From Candidatus Jordarchaeales archaeon (GTDB taxonomy: Archaea > Asgardarchaeota > Jordiarchaeia > Jordiarchaeales > Freyrarchaeaceae), in contig JAWAHN010000001.1 in assembly GCA_038889235.1 (NCBI GenBank), positions 944,499 to 976,498 of the forward strand: a stretch of 32,000 bases of DNA, written 5' to 3'. A model generated the notes under the pieces. The model saw only the letters and a list, made by a program, of their open reading frames with translations. It ran no database searches and was not told where the DNA came from. The number at the start of each line of letters is the position of its first letter. Within the stretch, counting starts at the first letter, position 1. The translations under genes and the position numbers were made by a program. Shown piece after piece: positions 18,861 to 26,498 of the stretch.

Positions 18861-18984
18861 GGTGAAAGGGTGGGTTGGACGGCGCAATAACCCCGGCTAC
18901 TTTTGTCCCCCCATAATCTTTTATCCCCCCTCCCCCTCACGCCCAATTAAACCGGGGTTGTAAAGTCTCCGACCCACCCTTCCC
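18861..18984 (+). ncRNA. Candidate structured non-coding RNA of unknown class
   Basis: GC-rich island in AT-rich intergenic DNA. Stem 18866-18879/18968-18981 (14 bp), stem 18887-18896/18952-18961 (10 bp), 55-nt pyrimidine-rich loop. Confidence 0.5.
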
Positions 18985-19060
18985 AAAAACATTTACATGG
19001 TTCTTTTCTCTTCTCTTTTTATTGGAGAAGAACAAAACTGAGGACTGGAGATGAGTTTTT

Positions 19061-20213
19061 ATGTGGCGTGTTGTTCGCCCAGACTCGATTAACGTGTGGA
19101 ACGATGAACAAGTCTTAAATAGGCTCAAACGTTACTACGAGGTTTTTAACGGCAGAAAGTTCGCTAAAATGATTATTGCAAGTAGGGTGGAAGTTGACGA
19201 CGACCTTGAAGCTCCCACAAAGAAGCTTTGGGATCAACATAGAAAGGCTAGTGGAGTTTTTCGCCGCCTCCTTAAAGAAATAGACCAGGGCGACACGAAA
19301 TTAAATAACTTAGACACTCCCAAGACGTCTTACCTAGATTTAAAGGTGGAGCTTGCAAAGCGAATATTAACAAACTGCCATTTTTGTGAAAGAAGATGTG
19401 GTGTAAATAGGCTGGCGGGGGAGCGGGGCTTTTGCCAGCTTGATGCTAAAGCATATGTATCGTCAGCCTTCCTTCACCTCGGGGAAGAAGCTCCCTTGGT
19501 TCCTTCGGGCACAAACGCCAGAGGCCCCCTCTGGTGGTGCAATCTTTTTTAACATGTGCACTTTCAGGTGCGTCTTCTGCCAAAATCACGACATTTCAAC
19601 TGTAATAGATGGCGTCGAAGTCGATGGAGAAAAACTGGCTAGTTTAGCACGCCATTTAAAGAGGGAGGGGGCCCGAAACATAAACTATGTCGGCGGAGAC
19701 CCGACGCCATCGTCATACGTAATTCTTGATGCTATAAGAATTCTTGCACGTACAGGGACAAACATTGTTCAGCTATGGAACTCCAATTTCTACTGTAGCA
19801 AGGAGTTGATGACGCTGCTTTTCGACGTCATAGACTTCTGGCTTCCAGACTTCAAGTATGGCAACGATAATTGTGCAGAAACACTTTCAAAAGTTAGGAA
19901 GTACTTTGACGTAGTGTCTAGAAATCATAAGCTCGCATATGATGAAACCGTCGTAGAGGGTAGCTCGGGAATGATAATACGTCACCTAGTAATGCCTGGG
20001 CACATAGATTGTTGCACAAAGCCTATTCTAGAATGGATCGCTAAAAATACTCCATTAGCCCTTGTTAATGTAATGGCACAGTACCATCCCGACTATCTTG
20101 TTCCAAGGAGTCCTGAATACAAGGACATAAACCGTAGGGTAACCGCCAGGGAAATGAAGGAAGCCTATGATTACGCTGACGCACTAGGCCTATTGTGGAG
20201 GCCAGTTAGCTAA
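19061..20213 (+). CDS. pflX: PflX-like radical SAM protein, spliced: join(19061..19514,19543..20213), 374 aa
   Basis: CHFCERRCGVNR..G..GFC, HLGEEAPLVPSGT|IFF, CTFRCVFC, VGGDPTP, WNSNFY, DFKYGND, IIRHLVMPGH, NVMAQYHP. The two track ORFs join in frame after removing 28 nt. Confidence 0.88.
19515..19542 (+). other. BHB intron in mRNA (28 nt)
   Basis: Central helix GCAC/GTGC, bulges AA|A and AA|T, 9-bp inner hairpin, outer pairs G-C and G-U. Confidence 0.88.
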
Positions 20214-20241
20214 TGGCCATGCCTTTTAACCTTTCCCTTGC

Positions 20242-21273
20242 TCACCACCACTTCGTCTCCCTGCACTCACCTATTACCGGTATTCTTTCACCGCAACGCG
20301 GGCATTTTCCGTCTTTCAAGTTGCACTTAAGCACCGTGAAACCGTATCTTCTGATCACTCTTTCACCACAACTTGGACACAGTGTGTCTTCTCCCTCTCC
20401 CGGGATATTTCCCATGTAGACGTAGTGCAGTCCCTCTTTCATTGCTATCTCCCGTGCCCTGGCTACTGTCGAGGGCGGAGTTGGAGGAAGATCTGTTAAC
20501 TTATAGTGGGGGAAGAATCTGGAAAAATGGACGGGTACATCGTCTCCAACATTTTCCTTAACCCACCTTGCAAACTCTCTAAACTCCTCCTCGCTGTCAT
20601 TCAGTGTAGGTATTATCAGGTATGTTAGCTCCACGTGTATTTTCTCCTCCTTCATGACTAGGATGGCGTCTAGTACTGGCTTAACCCCTGGCGCTTTACA
20701 AATTTTCTTGTAAAATTCATCTCTCATCGATTTGACATCAACGTTAGCGGCATCTATGTACGGCGCAATATTCCTCAAGGGTTCCTCCATTATGTAGCCA
20801 TTAGTCACAAGCACGTTCATTATTCCTCTCTCATGTGCAAGCTTCGCCACGTCAAAAACAAATTCGTACCAAATAAATGGTTCATTGTACGTGTACGCTA
20901 TAGATCTGCTTCCGCTCCTCTCAGTACGCTTAACTATCTCTTCCGGCGAAAAATCCCTAGTTAGACCGCTTTCAATAGAAACCTGCGAAATCTGCCAGTT
21001 CTGACAGTTTTGACAATGCAGGTTACAACCTACCGTTGAGATAGAGAATATGTTGCTTCCAGGGTAAAAATGGAAGAGTGGCTTCTTTTCTATTGGGTCT
21101 ACGGCCATTGAAGAAACCGCACCATAAACCAGCGTGAACAACTTTCCTCCCCTATTTTCGCGGACACCGCAGCCCCCTCGTTTGCCCTCTCTAATAACAC
21201 AATTGTGGGGGCATAAACGACAAACTACTGTTCCATCGTCTTTAGGCTCGTAGAATAATGCTTCCTTTATCAT
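20242..21273 (-). CDS. amrS: AmmeMemoRadiSam-system radical SAM enzyme
   Basis: CRLCPHNC...G.CGVREN, DPIEKKPLFHFYPG, GCNLHCQNCQN, YTYNEP, FSRFFPHY, C-terminal CPSC/CPRC. Start after GGTGA. Confidence 0.88.
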   Translation of the reverse strand: MIKEALFYEPKDDGTVVCRLCPHNCVIREGKRGGCGVRENRGGKLFTLVYGAVSSMAVDPIEKKPLFHFYPGSNIFSISTVGCNLHCQNCQNWQISQVSIESGLTRDFSPEEIVKRTERSGSRSIAYTYNEPFIWYEFVFDVAKLAHERGIMNVLVTNGYIMEEPLRNIAPYIDAANVDVKSMRDEFYKKICKAPGVKPVLDAILVMKEEKIHVELTYLIIPTLNDSEEEFREFARWVKENVGDDVPVHFSRFFPHYKLTDLPPTPPSTVARAREIAMKEGLHYVYMGNIPGEGEDTLCPSCGERVIRRYGFTVLKCNLKDGKCPRCGERIPVIGECRETKWW

Positions 21274-21423
21274 TGAGGTCACCTTCTCCGCTTCACTTAT
21301 GTTTGGAACAACAATGCACTCTAAGAAAATAATTATCCTTTGAAAGGAGAAATCTCTTTTGGAATAAAACATTTTTATTAAGAGGAATTTTTAGTCTCCC
21401 AAAAGGAGAGGAAGGGGATTCAT

Positions 21424-22314
21424 TTGGGAACAACGAACGATACCGTGCTTGTTGCAGGGTCGGCTTCCCAACTGCTAGCAGTCAGAATAGCGCGCGCTCT
21501 TAAAGTGGAATTAGTACCTATGGCGTCTAAAACTTTTCCAGACGGAGAACTTTACTTACGATTTCTCTCACCTCTCAATGGACGAAGAGTAATAATCGTC
21601 CAGTCAACTCCACCCCCCCAGAACTCAAATCTTCTCGAGCTCTTCTTCCTCATCAACGCTGCAGTAGAGAAAGGTGCAGACGAAATCATTGCCGTGGTCC
21701 CATATTTGGCATACGCCCGGCAGGATAAAGAGTTCCTCCCCGGAGAAGCAGTAAGCGGGCGCTACATATGCCGTATGTTAAAGAACTGCGGTGCAGATAT
21801 AGTTATAACAGTCAACATACACAGCAGAAGCATATTCGAAGGAATTGATTTGCCTTTTATAGACCTAGACGCATTCCCCTTAATAGCCGAGTACTTTGAG
21901 AAGACTCCTCTAAAGGACCCCTTAGTCCTAGCCCCTGACAAAGGAGCAGTAGAGGAAGGGTCGCTCATTGCAGAGAAGTTGGGCTGTTCTTTCGCCTTCT
22001 TGGAAAAGGAGAGGGACAGGTATACTGGAGAAATAGTCACTGCAGAAAAGCAGATGGGTCTTAAAGGACGCGACGTGCTTATAGTTGATGATATCATAAG
22101 TACTGGTGGAACTATGGCTAACGCCGTCTCCATAGCTGTTAAACAGGGAGCGCGAAACGTTTACGTGGCCTGTGTTCATCCGCTGCTCGTTGGTGAAGCG
22201 CGTCTCAAGATTCTAAACGCTGGGGCGAGGGAAATAATCGGGACAGATAGTGTCCCAAGTGATGTAAGCATAATTTCTTTAGCACCATTAATCGTTGGTG
22301 CGTTAAAACGTTGA
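21424..22314 (+). CDS. prs: Ribose-phosphate pyrophosphokinase
   Basis: FPDGE, PYLAYARQDK, APDKGA, VDDIISTGGT, CVHPLL. Confidence 0.95.
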   Translation: MGTTNDTVLVAGSASQLLAVRIARALKVELVPMASKTFPDGELYLRFLSPLNGRRVIIVQSTPPPQNSNLLELFFLINAAVEKGADEIIAVVPYLAYARQDKEFLPGEAVSGRYICRMLKNCGADIVITVNIHSRSIFEGIDLPFIDLDAFPLIAEYFEKTPLKDPLVLAPDKGAVEEGSLIAEKLGCSFAFLEKERDRYTGEIVTAEKQMGLKGRDVLIVDDIISTGGTMANAVSIAVKQGARNVYVACVHPLLVGEARLKILNAGAREIIGTDSVPSDVSIISLAPLIVGALKR

Positions 22315-23339
22315 AGACCCGTTTCTTCTTCCTTCTATCAGGAGAAAACGAGAAATTGTCTCAGGGAGAGCTCAAGGCTATCTTAGAGGCTAGCGGCCTC
22401 CCGTTCAGCTTTTCAGCGTCGGGTCGAGTTGCCATAGTTGAAACAGACTATCGCGTTGCCCAGCTAATTCTAGAACGCTCTGCTATGTGCCATTACGGCT
22501 GCTTGCTTGTTGCAGAATCGCCCCCCTCGCTTAACCTATTATTCGACGCTCTTTCATCGTCCCCAATCAATTCCATAGTTTCACCCACTGACTCCTTCGC
22601 GGTTAGGGCGAAGCCCGTCAATCCACTCCCTTACGAAGTTGACACAATGCTTCTAGAAAGAACACTAGGTGAATTTGTGAAGAAGATGACAGATGCGCGG
22701 GTCAATCTGAAAAACCCGAATAAACTCTTAGTTTGTCTTTTAACTGAAAAAGAATTTCTTTTTGGGTTATGCATTGGGCGCTCAGCTAGAAAAAGTTTTA
22801 GACTCCGTCCCACCCGTTATAGGCCATTCATGACTTCTTCGTCTATGTCTCCCTTCACTGCGAGAACTATGGTTAACTTGGCAAGGGCGTTAAGTGGCCA
22901 CATACTTCTAGATCCTTTTTGTGGTAGTGGAAGTATACTTATAGAGGCAGCGTTAATTGGATGTCGGGTTGTAGGAGGAGACATAGACCCTAGAATGGTT
23001 CGCGGTGCAAAGGCAAACTTCAATTACTACCAAATAGATGGCGATTTGCTAATAGGTGACGCTCGTTACCTCCCGTTCTCAAGCGTTGACAGAGTTGTAA
23101 CAGATCCGCCTTATGGTCGTGCCGCGTCAACGAAAGGCGTGCCACTCGATGTTCTCCTCCAGCACTTCTTGTCGTCTATGAGCAGTGTTCTTAAAAAGGG
23201 AGGCTGGTTATGCATGGCATGCCCCTCGAACGTAAACGTAGAACGCTATATGGATGTCCACGATTTTAAAATAGTGGAAACATATCAAGTGCGTGTTCAC
23301 GGAGGTCTCACAAGAAAAATAGTTGTTTCGAAGAGGTGA
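22311..23339 (+). CDS. trm11: THUMP-domain tRNA G10 N2-methyltransferase (Trm11/TrmG10 family)
   Basis: THUMP-like N-terminus, LDPFCGSGSILIEA, TDPPYGR, VHGGLTR. Confidence 0.85.
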   Translation: MKTRFFFLLSGENEKLSQGELKAILEASGLPFSFSASGRVAIVETDYRVAQLILERSAMCHYGCLLVAESPPSLNLLFDALSSSPINSIVSPTDSFAVRAKPVNPLPYEVDTMLLERTLGEFVKKMTDARVNLKNPNKLLVCLLTEKEFLFGLCIGRSARKSFRLRPTRYRPFMTSSSMSPFTARTMVNLARALSGHILLDPFCGSGSILIEAALIGCRVVGGDIDPRMVRGAKANFNYYQIDGDLLIGDARYLPFSSVDRVVTDPPYGRAASTKGVPLDVLLQHFLSSMSSVLKKGGWLCMACPSNVNVERYMDVHDFKIVETYQVRVHGGLTRKIVVSKR

Positions 23340-24323
23340 ATGTCCGCTTTGACACTGAAGATCGTTTTCCTAGGAACATCCGGCAGCATACCAACCTCTC
23401 AAAGAAACCTTCCTGCCGTGGCCGTCTGCCTCGATAGGGAAATCCTTCTTTTCGACTGCGCTGAAGGCACCCAGAGGCAAATGTTCATGGCTGGGTTAAG
23501 CATAAGCCGTATTTCGAAAATATTCATATCGCACTTGCACGGAGACCATGTAATGGGCCTGCCAGGAATAATTCAAACGCTCTCTCTCATGGAAAGAGAG
23601 ACACCATTAGACATATACGGACCCCTAGGCCTTTCCAATCTTATAAATTCTCTCGCAGAAAATCTCGCATTTTCCCCGTCTTTTGATATCAACGTTCACC
23701 AGGTTTCTCCAGGAAATCTTTTCGAGTCCTCCAAATATGTTGTTAAATGCGCGCAGGTTGATCACGGATCAATAGACGCTTACGCATATGCATTTGAAGA
23801 GAAACCAAAACCTGGAAAGTTCCACCCCGAAAAAGCAGTAATGTTAGGTGTACCCATGGGTCCTCTCTGGAAGCAACTTCAAATGGGAAAACCTGTAACG
23901 CTTGAAAACGGCCGCGTGGTGGTTCCAGAAGAAGTTGTAGAGCCTTCGAAACCAGGAAGGAAGATAGTTTACTCTGGAGATACCGCCCCCTGTCAGGCAC
24001 TCCTCGAACTAAGCAGCTTTGCTGATGTTCTGATCCACGAAAGCACCTTTGATCACACGCTCGAGAGCAAAGCCAATGAAACAAAACACTCGACAAGCGT
24101 GCAGGCAGCAATGATAGCTCGTGAGGCAAAAGTTAACCTTCTAGTTCTAACGCACATCAGTTCAAGGTATACGGACACAAGCCTACTACTCCAACAAGCA
24201 AAAGAAATTTTTCCGAACACTATAGTTGCCCAAGATTTCATGGAAGTGCTTATTGACTCAAAAGGTACTGTCAAAGTCTCTCTAATCTCCGCTCAAACGA
24301 AAACCCTACAAAACACTATATAA
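23340..24323 (+). CDS. rnz: Ribonuclease Z
   Basis: FLGTSG, SHLHGDH, exosite GVPMGPLW..LQ.G, YSGDT, HEST, HST, LTHISSRY. Confidence 0.95.
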   Translation: MSALTLKIVFLGTSGSIPTSQRNLPAVAVCLDREILLFDCAEGTQRQMFMAGLSISRISKIFISHLHGDHVMGLPGIIQTLSLMERETPLDIYGPLGLSNLINSLAENLAFSPSFDINVHQVSPGNLFESSKYVVKCAQVDHGSIDAYAYAFEEKPKPGKFHPEKAVMLGVPMGPLWKQLQMGKPVTLENGRVVVPEEVVEPSKPGRKIVYSGDTAPCQALLELSSFADVLIHESTFDHTLESKANETKHSTSVQAAMIAREAKVNLLVLTHISSRYTDTSLLLQQAKEIFPNTIVAQDFMEVLIDSKGTVKVSLISAQTKTLQNTI

Positions 24324-24354
24324 CGAGCAGCTCGCTTCATGTTACTGAGATGGC

Positions 24355-24783
24355 TTACGCATCTGAGGGTGGTGCTGTCTCTTGTGGTTTTCCATCTATT
24401 GTGGGTGGGCAAAGCCACTCAACTAACTCGTTTATTTTGTTACTTATTATCGTCACTTTTATTGCTCCCATCGGCGACTCCCTTTCTGGGGCACAAAAGT
24501 GAAGTTTACCCACGTACGCCGCTTGTTTGTTTAGGTAAAATGTCAGCTCGTTTTCTCTAATATTCCTCTTTAGAACCCCCCTTGCCGCCTCCACTATGTA
24601 TTGTTCACGCAATTTTTCATATATCTGTCGCAAGCTATCTATACCTTCAGCCTCACCCACCAGTCTTTCTTCATCCCCTTCTTTATAGGTCTGGTAATCA
24701 ACGTTTAGAATGTTTTTTAATGCCCTAATCACTTTATCTGGGTCTTCTGTCGGTTTTAAAGGCGTTTCCACCCTTATTTTCAT
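24355..24783 (-). CDS. UPF0201 (DUF54) RNA-binding-fold protein
   Basis: PLKPTEDPDKVIRALKNI and LNKQAAYVGK. Confidence 0.85.
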   Translation of the reverse strand: MKIRVETPLKPTEDPDKVIRALKNILNVDYQTYKEGDEERLVGEAEGIDSLRQIYEKLREQYIVEAARGVLKRNIRENELTFYLNKQAAYVGKLHFCAPERESPMGAIKVTIISNKINELVEWLCPPTIDGKPQETAPPSDA

Positions 24784-25324
24784 CCATTATCCTCCTAAGA
24801 AGTTCTCTAATCCTCATCTTGAACTCTTCAATGTCCCCCTCATTAACTATCATGTAGTCCGCTAATGCTAAAGCAGCTCCCAAGCCAACTCGCAGCTCTC
24901 TCTCGTCTCTCTCAACGAAGTGCTCTATACTTTTTGGGTCGTCTTCCCTTCCCCTCGAAGTCAACCTCTTTAAACGGGTTTTTGGTGAAGCATGAACACC
25001 TATTAACCTAAAGTCCGGGTAGTTTTCTCTAAATGTCTTAATTTCGGCTAAACTTCTTACTCCTTCTACAACTACTATTTCGTTTTTCTCCGCGTTTATT
25101 TTCGGTATACATCTCCTTGCAATAGCGTCCTCCCCCTCTTCTTCTCTGATTTTAATCATGAGCATGCCTATGTTTTCTGGGGAGGGAGGGATCCCCCTCT
25201 TCCTTGCAACCTCACGTATAACATCTCCCATAGAGACTACCGGTATTCCCTCGCTTCTCGCTACCTCTGCTGCAACACTCTTTCCACTTCCAGGCATGCC
25301 TACTATGCCAATGACCTTCTTCAA
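24734..25324 (-). CDS. UPF0200 NMP-kinase-like P-loop protein (often annotated dephospho-CoA kinase-like)
   Basis: GMPGSGKS, MGDVIRE, VEGVRS..E, RGREDD, RDEREL.VG. TTG start after GGGTGGGAG. Confidence 0.82.
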   Translation of the reverse strand: MKKVIGIVGMPGSGKSVAAEVARSEGIPVVSMGDVIREVARKRGIPPSPENIGMLMIKIREEEGEDAIARRCIPKINAEKNEIVVVEGVRSLAEIKTFRENYPDFRLIGVHASPKTRLKRLTSRGREDDPKSIEHFVERDERELRVGLGAALALADYMIVNEGDIEEFKMRIRELLRRIMDENKGGNAFKTDRRPR

Positions 25325-25355
25325 ATCTCCCACCCGGAGGAGTGCCCGAGCCTGA

Positions 25356-26498
25356 CTATATAAAAAGATATTCAGCACCTCCAGTTTTGCTCCGGGTTTT
25401 GAAAATTTCGCTCAAAACTTCTTCTATCAATTGCTGGTCTATTTTGTCTGCATTTTTTATGATTGCCCTATGGAACGCAGTTTTAAGCAATTTCTCCTTT
25501 AAATCTCTTCCAGAGAACCCTTCAGTTATAGAGGCTATTTTGTCGAAGTCACACTCAACTTTGAGGGGAATCTTCTTGGCGTACATCTCGAGAATCTGCC
25601 TTCTTTCCTCTAGCGATGGCAGCGTGAACTCGATTTCCTCCTCAAACCTGTTTCTAAGGGCCAAATCTAATAGCATTAAGTTGTTTGTGGCCCCGATGCA
25701 CACAACACCCGGTGTAAGCTCCAGCTTATCCATCTCTGCCAGGAGGGCGTTAACCACCTCAGTGACGTCGCCCCTTACACTTTGAAACCTTCTATCGAGC
25801 CCTATAGCATCTATCTCGTCTAAATATACGACACTTGGGGCTGCCTCTCTCGCTCTCCTGAAAAGCCTACTTATTTTACTCGCCGCATCACCTACGTGGG
25901 TGCCTATGAGTTCAGGCGATTTAACGAAGAAAAACTCTGCTCCAGCCTCATTAGCCAGTGCTTGTGCCGTCATCGTTTTTCCCGTTCCTGGAGGACCATA
26001 AAAGAGAATGATTCTAGGCGCCCAGTCACCAAAAGCTTCTGGGCTTTCTAAGTACTTTTTTATGATCATGCACTTTTCTTTAGCCCTTTGTTGTCCGACA
26101 ACATCCGCGAGTGTAATCTTGGGAAACCGCGTAGAGGGGCGTCTTTCCGCTTTCTTAATTACTTTAAATACAGTTTTATTGGTAATTTGCCCCTCACTAG
26201 GTGTCATGTCGACTATCTTGAAAGCGAAGTCTGGAAAAAGGGACCTATCAAAAAGCAGATCTCCCTTTTTGACGTATAATCCATCCCATTGTTCTCTGGC
26301 ATACGCTTGGAATACCTCAGGATTATCCACAGTCAATATAGTCTCTTTGTCCTCTCCTATTTCCCTTAAAGGGTATCCTAAAGGTTCAAGTTCTACTAGT
26401 ACTGCCTGTTTTATTCTCTCTTTGCTTTTCTTATGCTTTTTTAGACTTTTGTAGTATACTTTTTCCTTTTCTAATTCCTCATTAACCAAGTACTTCAC
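25356..26498 (-). CDS. Single-ring AAA ATPase (archaeal predicted-ATPase type with N-terminal EQW..LFD domain)
   Basis: GPPGTGKT, YLDEIDAI, GATN, RNRFEEEIEF, GFSGRD. GTG start overlaps the dnaG TGA. Confidence 0.88.
   Translation of the reverse strand: MKYLVNEELEKEKVYYKSLKKHKKSKERIKQAVLVELEPLGYPLREIGEDKETILTVDNPEVFQAYAREQWDGLYVKKGDLLFDRSLFPDFAFKIVDMTPSEGQITNKTVFKVIKKAERRPSTRFPKITLADVVGQQRAKEKCMIIKKYLESPEAFGDWAPRIILFYGPPGTGKTMTAQALANEAGAEFFFVKSPELIGTHVGDAASKISRLFRRAREAAPSVVYLDEIDAIGLDRRFQSVRGDVTEVVNALLAEMDKLELTPGVVCIGATNNLMLLDLALRNRFEEEIEFTLPSLEERRQILEMYAKKIPLKVECDFDKIASITEGFSGRDLKEKLLKTAFHRAIIKNADKIDQQLIEEVLSEIFKTRSKTGGAEYLFI

Noticed and set aside
18861-18995. 5S rRNA, H/ACA guide RNA or riboswitch identity for the structured element
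   Set aside because: No 5S conserved loops, no K-turn GA/AG pairs in the upper stem, ACA is too far from the internal loop, and I recognise no riboswitch consensus.
19544-19552. +1 ribosomal frameshift at CTT TTT TAA as the explanation for the split radical SAM gene
   Set aside because: It would leave about 9 foreign residues in place of the conserved GTIFF, whereas BHB excision restores the motif exactly. Not formally excluded without RNA or peptide data.
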